The notes under the pieces: generated by a model
Told to the model about the DNA's origin: nothing
Seen by the model: the letters and a program-made list of their open reading frames with translations, nothing else
Database searches by the model: none
From: Synechococcus sp.
GTDB lineage: Bacteria; Cyanobacteriota; Cyanobacteriia; PCC-6307; Cyanobiaceae
Length of the DNA: 64,000 nt
Assembly: GCA_047285535.1 (NCBI GenBank)
Contig: JBJBDC010000001.1
Span: 1,920,136-1,984,135 of the forward strand
Reading direction: 5' to 3'
Translations under genes and position numbers: made by a program
Part shown: positions 41,498 to 51,559 of the stretch, piece after piece
How positions within the stretch are numbered: position 1 is the stretch's first letter
Layout of the letters: each line of letters opens with the position of its first letter

Positions 41498-44400
41498 ATG
41501 GAAAAAATCGTCGCCCCGATTTCGCGCATGATGAAAAATGCCGCGGTAGCGAACTTGCACGCGGCGTTGAAGGCCCTCGGCAGATCGCTGCCCGACATCG
41601 AGACGAAAACGAACTATTTCGGCAGCGAAACCGCAAAAAGCGTCGCTGCTCTGCAGGAGGCAGCCGGGCTCCAGCAAACGGGCGATGTGGATACCGCGAC
41701 TGCGAAGCATCTCAACAAAATACTGGCCGAAAAGGGCCTTTTCGACGATGCGCCACCCGACGGCGATGGCCGAGGTTCTGGCGGCAGCGAGCGGAACGGC
41801 AACACCGATAAGCCAGAAACGGTCCACGTCTTCGGGCGCGTGATCTCCCACAAGGAGCGCCCGGCACAGGGAGTGGTCACGATCTTCCGCGCAGCGTTCC
41901 GCACCGAGGAAAAACTGGTGGCGTTCGAAACGGACCAGAAGGGACGATACGAGGGCAAACTGATCCGCGATCCCGCCACGGGCCCGCTCAACATCTTTGC
42001 CCGAATTACGCTGAATAACGGCACGACGATCACCTCAGACCTTGTCTTCAACGCCGCGGGGAAGGTCGAACTAAACCTCAATGCCGCAGGTCGACTGATC
42101 CCGACTCAAAGCGTCTTCGAGGAGATCGAGACGAATGTCCGCATGGTCATCGGGTCTGCAGCCATCGCATCGCTGCGCGAAACCAGAACTCAGACTGATA
42201 TCACCTACCTGGCGCAGGACCGCAAGCTCGACCCCGAGATGCTGGCGCGCCGCGCGATGGCCGAACGCATCGGCAAGGCGCAGAAGATCGCCCCCGAAGT
42301 GATCTTCGCCTTCCTCGCGCAGAGCGAGCCTGCTGTTCTGCCTAGCTCCAGCCTGACCGCGACGCCGACGCAGGACGCAGCTGACGACCTCGAAAACCGG
42401 GTTTTTGCCGGGATCGTCACCCTCGACGAACCGACCCAGCGACGGATCCTGCAGAAAGCGATCGCCAAGGACCTTGTGCGCTTCGACATAGCAGAGGCCA
42501 TCGACGAGGCCATCAAGTCGCTGCGTACGCGACGGGGGCTTGTGCTGGCCAACGCACCCTTCGGGGCAGGCAAGAAGTCGATGAACGATCTGCTAAGTGC
42601 CACGAGCCTGAACCAGACCCAGCGCACAACCTTTGTGAACTACTCCATGAAGGTGCAGGCCGAAGGAGGCCTGCTCTGGGAGGCGTTGGAAATGAATGAG
42701 GCGATCCCGGCCGCCAAGCTCAGGGAGGCGCGTGCCACCTTCGCCTTCGGCGCGATGTCGAAGAATCACATCCCCTTTATCGAGTACGCCAAGGCCGCCC
42801 TGCCCGACGAGATGACCGGGGAACCCGGGCGGGTCGCCTACCTGACTTTGAAGGAATGGACCACCTTCCTCAACAGAGGAGTTGAAGCAGGCAAAGAAGT
42901 AATTCCAGACAATATCGACGGTGAGACCCAGGAGGATCGTGTTGGCGCCTTCGCGCAGATGCTGATGGAGCGTGCCGAAGATAACTATCCAGCGATGGCA
43001 ACGATTGGCCGCATCCGCGAACGCGACGACGTGAAGCTCGACGCCGCCGGAGAGCTGGTCGCAGCCGTGTCGAAGGTTCCGGACATGAATCTGCGGACGC
43101 TGAACATCAACGCAGTGCGGCTCGGGCGCGATGTGGCGCTGGGGGAGGAGACGCTGGCCAAGACGCTGCGCACCACGATCAAGATCGTCTCTGACATGTC
43201 CGACGAGTCGGTCGCTGATCTCAAGCGCGCGCAGCGGGCGGTGCGCCTTGCCCCTAACGCGACCGCGGCCGCGGCGCTGCTAGCCACAGGACAGGATTCG
43301 GCCCACCTGATCCACAAGCGAGGGCGCAGCAATTTCATCGCCGACGCGATCAAGGCGGGGATGACCGACCTGCAAGCGGGTCAGACCTTCAACCGCGCCA
43401 AGGCGAGTTATGGATATCTCGTCGCCCGCTTCCTTGAATACCGGCTCGATCTCGACAAGGCCTCGCCCGCGGCCGTGGGCGGCGCGTGGAAGAGCGACGA
43501 CCTGATCGCCGAGGTCGAAAACGACCCGTCGCTGCGGACCCTTTTCGGATCTCTCGACAGCTGCGGCTGCGAATGGTGCGAAAGCGTGCATGGCCCGGCT
43601 GCCTATCTGACCGACGTGCTGCGCTGGCTCGGCGAACGGCGGGCGAGGAGCGGCAGCGGCTTCGCAAGCGCCCGGGCGGTGCTGGAAGACCGGCGGGGGG
43701 ACATCCTCGACATCCTGCTGAACTGCCAGAACACCGACACGTTGATGCCCTACATCGACCTCGTGAACGAGGTGCTGGAAGAGGCCGTCTCGCCCACCGG
43801 CGTCGCACGGCAGACGAACTGGCGCAGCGAGGAGCTGATGGCCGAGCCCGAGCATGTCAACGATGACGCCTATGCCCTGCTCGCTGTGGCATCTCACGCG
43901 CCAGGCCTGCCCTTCGACCTGAGGGACACCGAAGCGCAGACCTATCTCGCCCATCTGCGCCTGACCCGGGCCGAGGTGATGGAGGCGCTCCGCAAGCAGA
44001 CCAACGGCCTGCCCTCAGAGCGCGACATCGCGGCGGCCTACTTCGGCATCTCCAATGCGGCGAGCGTCATCATTACGAAAGCCGACCCAGCGGCCCAGGC
44101 CACGTTCTGGGCCTACAGCGCACCCAGCGAGCTGATCCCCAACGCCTCGTGCGAGACGCTGATGGCACGGGCAGACATCTCCCACAACGATTTGGCGGAA
44201 TTACTGAACGTCGAATTCGTGAACGGCACCGCGCCGCGTTCGACATTCCAGCCGGAGTTCGAATGCGACCTGATCGACCGCCGGGTCACGCAGCTTTCGG
44301 TCGAGCGGCTCGACCGGATGAACCGCTTCATCCGCCTCTGGCGCCATCTTGGCTGGAAGATGTGGGAGCTCGACCGCGCGATCATGGCGATGGGCGGCGT

Positions 44401-47400
44401 GCTGAACGATGCGACGCTGCTCGGACTGATGCGGCTGCAGAAAATCCGCGATGCCTGGCGGCTCACCGTAGAGGAGGTGCTGGCCTTGATCGCACCTCTC
44501 GACATTCGGGTGCGCGACTGGCTGACGGGGGACGGACGGTCGCTCTACACCGACCTCTTCGAGGATCGCGCGGTACAGAACCCACCCGATCCTGACCTCT
44601 CCATCACCGCCGTGACCGCCGCGGTGCCGCCCGCGCTGATCGGCAGCAAGGCGGCGATCCTCTCGGCCAGCATCGCCATCACCGCCGACGATTTCGCTCT
44701 TCTAGTGCCGACCACCGCCGACCCCGATCTCGCCCTTCCCGTCGCGAGCGACCGTGCGTCACTGAGCGCTATTTCGCAGGTTTATCGCTTCTCGAGGCTG
44801 GGCCAGGTCCTTCGGCTGCGGGTGTCCGAGCTGCTGGACTTCGCCCGACTTGCCAGGGCGCCGCTGAATGCGGACGGGCGGGTCGATCCCTTCCAGACGG
44901 TGCAGACGCTGACCGATTTCCTGACAATGTTCAGCCGTCACTCGGCGAGCGGTCTTGCCATCGGGGAATCGCGCCACGCCACGACCTTCTGGCCCGAGTC
45001 CATCTTCGGCGCTGGGGACAGCGCGATCTCGGCCAATCTCGAAGAAATCCGCACTGCGCTTGCCGACCTTCGGGCCGAGACCATCGTGCCCGCGGAAGAG
45101 CGCGCCGCTGCGCTTGAGCGCCATTTGCCTGGGGTTGCAGACTTCAAGGATGCAGCGATCCGCGCAACCGCCATCGCGATCATCGACGACAGCTATGCCG
45201 ACACGCTCGCCAACCGGAACGCCTTCATCACCAGCCATTTCAGCGCGCTGATGCCGGTGGCCGCGGCCATCGCCGCCTTCGCGCCCTATGGCGGGCCGCC
45301 CGCCGGCGGCGATGCGGCGGTCGACGCGCGCAGGCTGATCGGGTTGCAGGCGGTCTACAACGCGCTCGGCCGCACCGCCATCACCGCCGCCGTAACAGGC
45401 CAGACCGGAGCCAGGTCGGAGGCCGAGGCGGCCGACTTCCTGTCCTGGTCCATGCAACGCAGCGGGCTCGACAGCCTCGGCGCGCTGATCCTGGCCGAGA
45501 GCGACTTCCTCACGCGCACCGCTGATGACAGCGCCTACCTCCTGACCGCCGACAGCACCGACATGCCCGATATCTTCGAGGCGGCGCAGCTCGTGGACAA
45601 GCTCGCCTTCATTAAGGAGGCGCTCGGCTGGAGCGATGCGCAGCTGATTTGGTTCGTCAGCAACGAAGGGAGCTTCGGATTACCACAGCTGACCGCGCTG
45701 CCCGTCAAGGCGGGCGACGGTCCCGCAGCCTTCGTGGAGTGGCTGACACTGCTGCGCTGGACGCAGGTCATGAACGCCTTCCCCAGCTCCGAGACCCTAT
45801 CGCTGCCAGGCATTCTCGGCCAGATCGGGAGCGCGGGTTACAACGCCACACAACTGGCCGAGGACCTCGCCGTCTGGACCCAGCGGGTACCCGAGACGAT
45901 GTCGGGTGCCATCGCCGAGCTTGCGCTTGCCTATCCCGGTGATTTCCGCACGGTCGGCGCCTACGAGCGGCTACTGACCGCGCTCGAGGTGATCAAGCTC
46001 GCCGGTGTGACCCCGGCCCAGCTCACCGCCTGGGCGCAGCCCGGCGTGACCCCTGCCGTGGCGCAGCAGATCAAGCTCGCCGCCAAGGCGCGCAATTCGC
46101 TCGATGAATGGCTGAAGAACGCGCCGCCGCTGCAGGACCGCCTGCGCGAGGCCAAGCGCGTCGCGCTCATTACCTACCTGACGACCCGACCCGCCTCAGC
46201 CGGACCGTCGTGGCGCGACGCGAACGCGCTATTCGCGCATTTCCTGATCGACCCCGAGATGACCGCCTGCCGCAAGTCCTCGCGGCTGGTGCAGGCCACG
46301 GGATCGCTGCAGCTTTTCGTGCAGCGCTGCCTGATGAACCTCGAACCCGCCGTGCTGGCCGATGGCGATGACGATGGCTGGAACGAATGGGACTGGATGT
46401 ATGCCTACCGCCTCTGGGAAGCCGCGCGGAAGGTCTTCCTCTGGCCCGAGAACGTGATCCGGCCCGAGCTCAACCGGATGAAATCCCCGGCGCTCCTGCA
46501 GCTTGAACAGAAGCTGTCGCAGATGGAGATGACCGAGGAGAACGCCGAGATCGCAATGGAGCAGTACCTCGAGACGCTTGACGGCATCGCGAATATGGAC
46601 GTCCTCGCCATGTACGAGGAAACGACTGGCCGCGACCGTCTCATTCACACGCTGGCCCGCACCAAGGGCCAGCCGCAGACCTACTACTACCGGCAGAGGG
46701 TCTTTCCCAACAACGCCGCATCCGCCTACTGGACGCCGTGGGAGAAGCTCGACATCGAGATCGGCGGCACGCCGATTTTCGGCTTCATCAACCGCAAGCT
46801 GCATCTCTTCTGGCTGTTCTTCACCAAGAGAGCGGACCCAACCCAGCGTATGCCTCCCTCGCAGGCGTCAAACCAGCCGCCGCCTGACACGATCAACATG
46901 TGGGAAATCCAGCTTTGCTGGTCAGTCCGGCGGCAAGGTCACTGGCAGCCGGCGCAGAAGGGCGAACGCAAGTGGTTCTACCCACAATTCCGACCCAAGC
47001 GCAGCTTCCACTTGCGCACCGCGGCCTATGCCGGCGACCGATTGGCGATCAACGTCTTCGTCTCAACCTCGCCGGAATTCAACGACTACGCCCCTTGGAC
47101 CTATTTGTCCACCAGTGTGGGAACAATCCAACTACAACGGGATCCGGTGCGGCATAACGAGGACACGCGACCTTTTCATGTCGCTCGCTTCGTCTTCAAG
47201 AGCAACGTGGACGAGATCCAGATGAGCCAACGCGGGCAGACCTACCCATCTGACATTTTCGGGGGCTCTTACGGGGCCGAGGCCGCCGAGATGAAAGAGC
47301 TGACAAACCCGCTCGCTGACCTAACCATGCCGACCGACATGAAATATGTCGGCCAGACGATTCAGAACCAGTCCGATAATGACTCGAACCTCCATGCCCT

Positions 47401-50400
47401 TCCGTCGGCGGGCCCGGCCCTGCGGCTTGACAGCGGCAAGCTGCTCGATGACGCGCCCGCCCCGTTCGGCATTGTCCCATCGTCGCAGCGCGCGCAGTTC
47501 GACTCAACCCGGCCCTTCTTCTACACCGATCGCGAGCGCAGCTTCTTCGTGCGGCCGACCAAGGAATGGCGCGTGGACCATTCCTTCACAACCGAGGAAC
47601 CTTCTCTGTCGGGGGTCACCGACTACAGGGTCAAATACACGTTCGACCGCAATTATCACCCGTTCACCGGCTTCTACCTCGACGAACTAGCAACCGGCGG
47701 GTTGAGTGGCTTATTCAAACGCTCGAACCAGCTTTCGCCACCCTCGTCCTTCAGCTTCGCCGAGTACGACCCCGAACAAATGGTCAAAGCCGACCATCCG
47801 AACGACATCGTCGATTTCGGATTCTCGGGGACTTATTCCCTTTACAACTGGGAATTACTGTTTCACGCTCCATTCCTGATTGCGAACCGGCTATCGGAGA
47901 ACCAGCGCTTTGACGAAGCGCTCAACTTCCTCCGCTACATCTTTAATCCGACTAATACCGGCAGCGATAACGCTCCGCAGCGGTTCTGGATCACGAAGCC
48001 TTTCTACCAAATGAGCTCCGGGGCTTATCACTCCAGCCGGATCGAACGCCTACTGGAACTCGTCAATGGCGGATCTTCAACTCATATAGCTCAAGTTGAG
48101 CAATGGCGCAACGATCCCTTCGATCCTCACATGCTCGCACGGCTCCGGCCCGTCGCCTATCAACGCGCCGTGGTGATGGCCTATATCGGCGCCCTGCTGG
48201 ACTGGGGTGAACAGGAGTTCCGGCGCTTCACCACCGAGAGCCTCAACCTCGCCACGCAATACTTCGTGCGTGCACAGGACCTGCTAGGACGGCGGCCCGA
48301 GACCGTTGTGGTCGACCGGCGCACCGAGGCGAAAAGCTTCCGCGAGGTCGAAACCGATCTTGACGCATTCGGCAACCTGCTGTCCGAGGTCGAGAACCTG
48401 CTGCCGCCTCCACCTCCAGGCGGCCCCGGCGGGTCAGAACCGCTGCCCCCGATCACCATCTTTTATTACTGCATCCCCGGAAACGACAAGCTTCTGGACT
48501 ACTGGGACCGAGTGGAGCGCAACCTCTTCAATCTGCGCCATTGCCGCGATATCGAAGGTGTCTCCAAGCCTTTACCACTTTTCGCGCCACCGATCGACCC
48601 GGCGATGCTGGTGCGAGCAGCGTCCGCAGGCATCGACCTCGCGACGCTGGCGGGCGGAACGGCCTCGGCTCTGCCGAAATACCGCTTCCGCTTTATCCTT
48701 CAGCGTGCCTACGACTTCGCCTCCCAGGTCGAGCGGTTGGGCGCGGCCCTGCTATCTGCCTTTGAACGCAAGGACGAGGTGGCGCTCGCTGAGCTGCGCG
48801 AAAGCCACGTGGCTGAAATCCACACGCTTCGCGAAGACATCGCGTCACTCCGAATCAATGAGGCCAAGGCCGAGTTGGACCGACTGAAGGAGTCCAAGAA
48901 ACTCGTCGGTCTTCGAGAAACGTTCTACAAGAAGAAGACCGAAACGCCGGTTGGTGTGTTGGAGACGATCGGCATCGGGCTGAAGGGAACGAGCTTCCTT
49001 TTGAGCAGCACCTCCTTCGGGCTGAAGCTTGCGAGCGGCGGGCTGTACTGGATACCTGACTTCCAAGGCGGTGCCTCTGGTGTGGGTGGCACCCCGCATG
49101 CAACGCTCAAAGCAGGTGGCAAGCAGGCTGGAGACAGCACCAAAACGCTCTCAGATGGCTTCAAGGAACTGGCCTACTTAGCTGACAAGGGTGCTGAACT
49201 GAGCTTCAAGATCCAGTATTTCCTCGACCGTCACAAGCAGTACGAACACCAGCTCAAGCTTGCCGAACAGGAGATTGTCGCGATCGAGAAGCAGGAGGCC
49301 AAGGCTGAGATCCTCCAACAGATCGCCGAGCAGGAGTCCGATGTTCAGAAGCAGCATTCCGAAAACGCCGAGGCAACGTTGGCTTTCTTGCGGTCGCGCT
49401 ACACCAACAAGGAGCTCTACGACTGGCTGATCGCGCAACTTTCGACGATCTATTTCCAGTCGTACCAGAGCGCATTCGCCATGGCGCTCTCTGCCGCGGC
49501 TTGCGCCGAACGCGAGGTGGGGCTGATCGGCACGAACTACATCAAGTTCGGCTACTGGGACAGCCTGCGCAAGGGCCTACTGTCGGGCGAGAAGCTGAGC
49601 CAAGACCTCAGACGGCTTGAGACGGCCTATCTCGACCGCAACCAGAGGCTCTACGAGATCCAGAAGGACGTCTCTGTGGCGCTTCTGGATGCGGAGGCCC
49701 TGCTGACCCTGCGTGCGACAGGGGCCTGCGAGATCGAAGTGCCCGAGCTGATCTTCGACTGCGACTATCCGGGCCACTACAAGCGCCGCATCAAGTCCGT
49801 CGCGATTACCATCCCAACTGTCGCAGGTCCTTACACCTCGGTCAATTGCAAACTGACGCTGCTACGCGACGAGATACGTCTGAACACAAGCCTCGCGCTG
49901 GGCTATCCGCGCACCTCGATGACCGATGACGACCGCTTCGCCGACAACTGGGCGGCGACTAATGCCATCGTGACCTCAAAGGCGATCAATGATGCTGGTC
50001 TCTTCGCGCTCGATCTCGAAGACGACCGCTATCTGCCTTTCGAGGGCGCGGGAGCCGTTGGCCGCTGGCGGATTGAGCTACCGGCCGACACCAATGCCTT
50101 CGCGCTCGATTCGGTTTCAGACGTCGTACTGCACCTCCGCTACACCGCGATGGAAGGCGGCGAGACACTTGCCGAGGCAGCACGCGCGGTCGCCTCGAAG
50201 CGCGAGGTAGCGAAAAGCGCCAGGATCATGCGCCTCGACCAGGCTTACGCCGCGGCATGGCAAAGTCTCGTCTCTGCTCCTGGCACTGGGCAGGATCAGG
50301 CAATGTCTCTCGCGTTCACCAAGGAGCTCTTGCCCTATCTCGACCGGGTCCGCGACCTGAAGGTGACGTCTATCGCCCTCTCCGCCATAGACGCAACCGG

Positions 50401-50641
50401 TGACCTGACAGCAGAGATTACGGCGCCAGGTGGGATGGTGGGAACCATCGAGATGACAACGGACAGCGACCTTGGTGGTCGCATCTCGGGCGATACAGCG
50501 GGCAGCTTCGCAGCGGGTGTGCCCCTAGGAGACTTCACGCTGAAGCTGCGCATGTCGACTGCCATGGACAACCGCTCCCTGACCGAAGCGGACCTGTCAG
50601 GTTTGTACGCCGTGGTCTTCTACGAAGCGGAACTGCCGTGA
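41498..50641 (+). CDS. Tc toxin complex subunit A-like protein with an N-terminal peptidoglycan-binding-like domain
   Basis: FG.ET...V..LQ...GL..TG.VD..T; LFGSLD.C.C..C.SV.GPAAYL; HFLID.EM; YRLWEA.RKVFL.PEN; YNWELLFHAP; FAPPIDP; GLLSGEKL; RRIKSV; YLPFEG.GA. Confidence 0.93.
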   Translation: MEKIVAPISRMMKNAAVANLHAALKALGRSLPDIETKTNYFGSETAKSVAALQEAAGLQQTGDVDTATAKHLNKILAEKGLFDDAPPDGDGRGSGGSERNGNTDKPETVHVFGRVISHKERPAQGVVTIFRAAFRTEEKLVAFETDQKGRYEGKLIRDPATGPLNIFARITLNNGTTITSDLVFNAAGKVELNLNAAGRLIPTQSVFEEIETNVRMVIGSAAIASLRETRTQTDITYLAQDRKLDPEMLARRAMAERIGKAQKIAPEVIFAFLAQSEPAVLPSSSLTATPTQDAADDLENRVFAGIVTLDEPTQRRILQKAIAKDLVRFDIAEAIDEAIKSLRTRRGLVLANAPFGAGKKSMNDLLSATSLNQTQRTTFVNYSMKVQAEGGLLWEALEMNEAIPAAKLREARATFAFGAMSKNHIPFIEYAKAALPDEMTGEPGRVAYLTLKEWTTFLNRGVEAGKEVIPDNIDGETQEDRVGAFAQMLMERAEDNYPAMATIGRIRERDDVKLDAAGELVAAVSKVPDMNLRTLNINAVRLGRDVALGEETLAKTLRTTIKIVSDMSDESVADLKRAQRAVRLAPNATAAAALLATGQDSAHLIHKRGRSNFIADAIKAGMTDLQAGQTFNRAKASYGYLVARFLEYRLDLDKASPAAVGGAWKSDDLIAEVENDPSLRTLFGSLDSCGCEWCESVHGPAAYLTDVLRWLGERRARSGSGFASARAVLEDRRGDILDILLNCQNTDTLMPYIDLVNEVLEEAVSPTGVARQTNWRSEELMAEPEHVNDDAYALLAVASHAPGLPFDLRDTEAQTYLAHLRLTRAEVMEALRKQTNGLPSERDIAAAYFGISNAASVIITKADPAAQATFWAYSAPSELIPNASCETLMARADISHNDLAELLNVEFVNGTAPRSTFQPEFECDLIDRRVTQLSVERLDRMNRFIRLWRHLGWKMWELDRAIMAMGGVLNDATLLGLMRLQKIRDAWRLTVEEVLALIAPLDIRVRDWLTGDGRSLYTDLFEDRAVQNPPDPDLSITAVTAAVPPALIGSKAAILSASIAITADDFALLVPTTADPDLALPVASDRASLSAISQVYRFSRLGQVLRLRVSELLDFARLARAPLNADGRVDPFQTVQTLTDFLTMFSRHSASGLAIGESRHATTFWPESIFGAGDSAISANLEEIRTALADLRAETIVPAEERAAALERHLPGVADFKDAAIRATAIAIIDDSYADTLANRNAFITSHFSALMPVAAAIAAFAPYGGPPAGGDAAVDARRLIGLQAVYNALGRTAITAAVTGQTGARSEAEAADFLSWSMQRSGLDSLGALILAESDFLTRTADDSAYLLTADSTDMPDIFEAAQLVDKLAFIKEALGWSDAQLIWFVSNEGSFGLPQLTALPVKAGDGPAAFVEWLTLLRWTQVMNAFPSSETLSLPGILGQIGSAGYNATQLAEDLAVWTQRVPETMSGAIAELALAYPGDFRTVGAYERLLTALEVIKLAGVTPAQLTAWAQPGVTPAVAQQIKLAAKARNSLDEWLKNAPPLQDRLREAKRVALITYLTTRPASAGPSWRDANALFAHFLIDPEMTACRKSSRLVQATGSLQLFVQRCLMNLEPAVLADGDDDGWNEWDWMYAYRLWEAARKVFLWPENVIRPELNRMKSPALLQLEQKLSQMEMTEENAEIAMEQYLETLDGIANMDVLAMYEETTGRDRLIHTLARTKGQPQTYYYRQRVFPNNAASAYWTPWEKLDIEIGGTPIFGFINRKLHLFWLFFTKRADPTQRMPPSQASNQPPPDTINMWEIQLCWSVRRQGHWQPAQKGERKWFYPQFRPKRSFHLRTAAYAGDRLAINVFVSTSPEFNDYAPWTYLSTSVGTIQLQRDPVRHNEDTRPFHVARFVFKSNVDEIQMSQRGQTYPSDIFGGSYGAEAAEMKELTNPLADLTMPTDMKYVGQTIQNQSDNDSNLHALPSAGPALRLDSGKLLDDAPAPFGIVPSSQRAQFDSTRPFFYTDRERSFFVRPTKEWRVDHSFTTEEPSLSGVTDYRVKYTFDRNYHPFTGFYLDELATGGLSGLFKRSNQLSPPSSFSFAEYDPEQMVKADHPNDIVDFGFSGTYSLYNWELLFHAPFLIANRLSENQRFDEALNFLRYIFNPTNTGSDNAPQRFWITKPFYQMSSGAYHSSRIERLLELVNGGSSTHIAQVEQWRNDPFDPHMLARLRPVAYQRAVVMAYIGALLDWGEQEFRRFTTESLNLATQYFVRAQDLLGRRPETVVVDRRTEAKSFREVETDLDAFGNLLSEVENLLPPPPPGGPGGSEPLPPITIFYYCIPGNDKLLDYWDRVERNLFNLRHCRDIEGVSKPLPLFAPPIDPAMLVRAASAGIDLATLAGGTASALPKYRFRFILQRAYDFASQVERLGAALLSAFERKDEVALAELRESHVAEIHTLREDIASLRINEAKAELDRLKESKKLVGLRETFYKKKTETPVGVLETIGIGLKGTSFLLSSTSFGLKLASGGLYWIPDFQGGASGVGGTPHATLKAGGKQAGDSTKTLSDGFKELAYLADKGAELSFKIQYFLDRHKQYEHQLKLAEQEIVAIEKQEAKAEILQQIAEQESDVQKQHSENAEATLAFLRSRYTNKELYDWLIAQLSTIYFQSYQSAFAMALSAAACAEREVGLIGTNYIKFGYWDSLRKGLLSGEKLSQDLRRLETAYLDRNQRLYEIQKDVSVALLDAEALLTLRATGACEIEVPELIFDCDYPGHYKRRIKSVAITIPTVAGPYTSVNCKLTLLRDEIRLNTSLALGYPRTSMTDDDRFADNWAATNAIVTSKAINDAGLFALDLEDDRYLPFEGAGAVGRWRIELPADTNAFALDSVSDVVLHLRYTAMEGGETLAEAARAVASKREVAKSARIMRLDQAYAAAWQSLVSAPGTGQDQAMSLAFTKELLPYLDRVRDLKVTSIALSAIDATGDLTAEITAPGGMVGTIEMTTDSDLGGRISGDTAGSFAAGVPLGDFTLKLRMSTAMDNRSLTEADLSGLYAVVFYEAELP

Positions 50642-51072
50642 TGGAACAGCCTCTGCAAACCTCCAGCGGCTCTGTCGATGCAGTGGAAGAAGTCGCGAGC
50701 AGGCTGGAGCCAGAGCGAGCGATTGCCCTGAAACGCGCGGTCAGCGTCCTGAAGGAATTTTACGATCCTCCAGCGATCTTCCTCTTTGGCTCATCAGCCA
50801 AAAACAAGGCCAGCACATTGAGCGATCTGGACCTTTTAATCCGCATGCAGAGCCGAGAAAGACGTAGCGCACGCGGCACCGAATTCAAAGAGGTGTTCCT
50901 TAGCAGCTATCCGCGGGTCGACCTCGTCGTCTTCAACGATGACGAGGTACGCCATCATCTCGCCAACCCGTATTCCTTCCTATCGAGTGTGATGGCTAGC
51001 GCACGGCCACTTTTTCTGAAATCGCCACATGACGAGCCGCTCCTGCAGGGTGCACGGGGACTGAACTATTAA
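50638..51072 (+). CDS. Minimal nucleotidyltransferase (Pol-beta superfamily)
   Basis: IFLFGSSA......SDLDLLI and VDLVV motifs; GTGA overlap with the tcA stop. Confidence 0.85.
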   Translation: MMEQPLQTSSGSVDAVEEVASRLEPERAIALKRAVSVLKEFYDPPAIFLFGSSAKNKASTLSDLDLLIRMQSRERRSARGTEFKEVFLSSYPRVDLVVFNDDEVRHHLANPYSFLSSVMASARPLFLKSPHDEPLLQGARGLNY

Positions 51073-51148
51073 GGCGAGACCCGACGCGGTCTAGCCGGCT
51101 GAGCCTTCGCCATTGACCATGGTCCGATTCATATTGGCCACTTCATCG

Positions 51149-51247
51149 GAATTGCCCACCAACTTGCGTACATTCGATGATTCCACCATCACCGATGTGG
51201 TGTTTTGCGTCAGCTACACGCCAAGAGATGGCGGAAGCAGTTTCCGA
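51149..51247 (+). pseudogene. Remnant of a second TcA-like C-terminus
   Basis: ELPTNLRTFDDSTITDVVFCVSYTPRDGG resembles ELPADTNAFALDSVSDVVLHLRYTAMEGG at about 50075. Confidence 0.65.
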
Positions 51248-51559
51248 TCTCCGGTGCAAGCAATCGTCGCTCTAGACCACCTCAGATGTTGGCCTTACCC
51301 ATAGCGGCCGAAAGCAAAGAAAAGGAATTGATTTCTGATTTTGCAAATCAGCTGGAAGCTTATGAATTTGGATTCATTCTGGCCTTAACAGAATATTTTG
51401 AAAATGCAGAATCTATTGATCTTGTAGCGAAATCAGGCTCCAAAGACGGAGATAAAGAGGCGGTTTTAAATACTCTCAACAGATATTGAGCAGGCCTCAC
51501 TCTATACAAAGACAAAATAGATTCAGTGCTGTCTCTCATCAAAGAGCAATCGATACAAT

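Noticed and set aside
51066..51120. Hairpin after the MNT gene as a closing attC for the toxin locus
   Set aside because: Only short ggcga/tcgcc pairing, and no canonical core sites.
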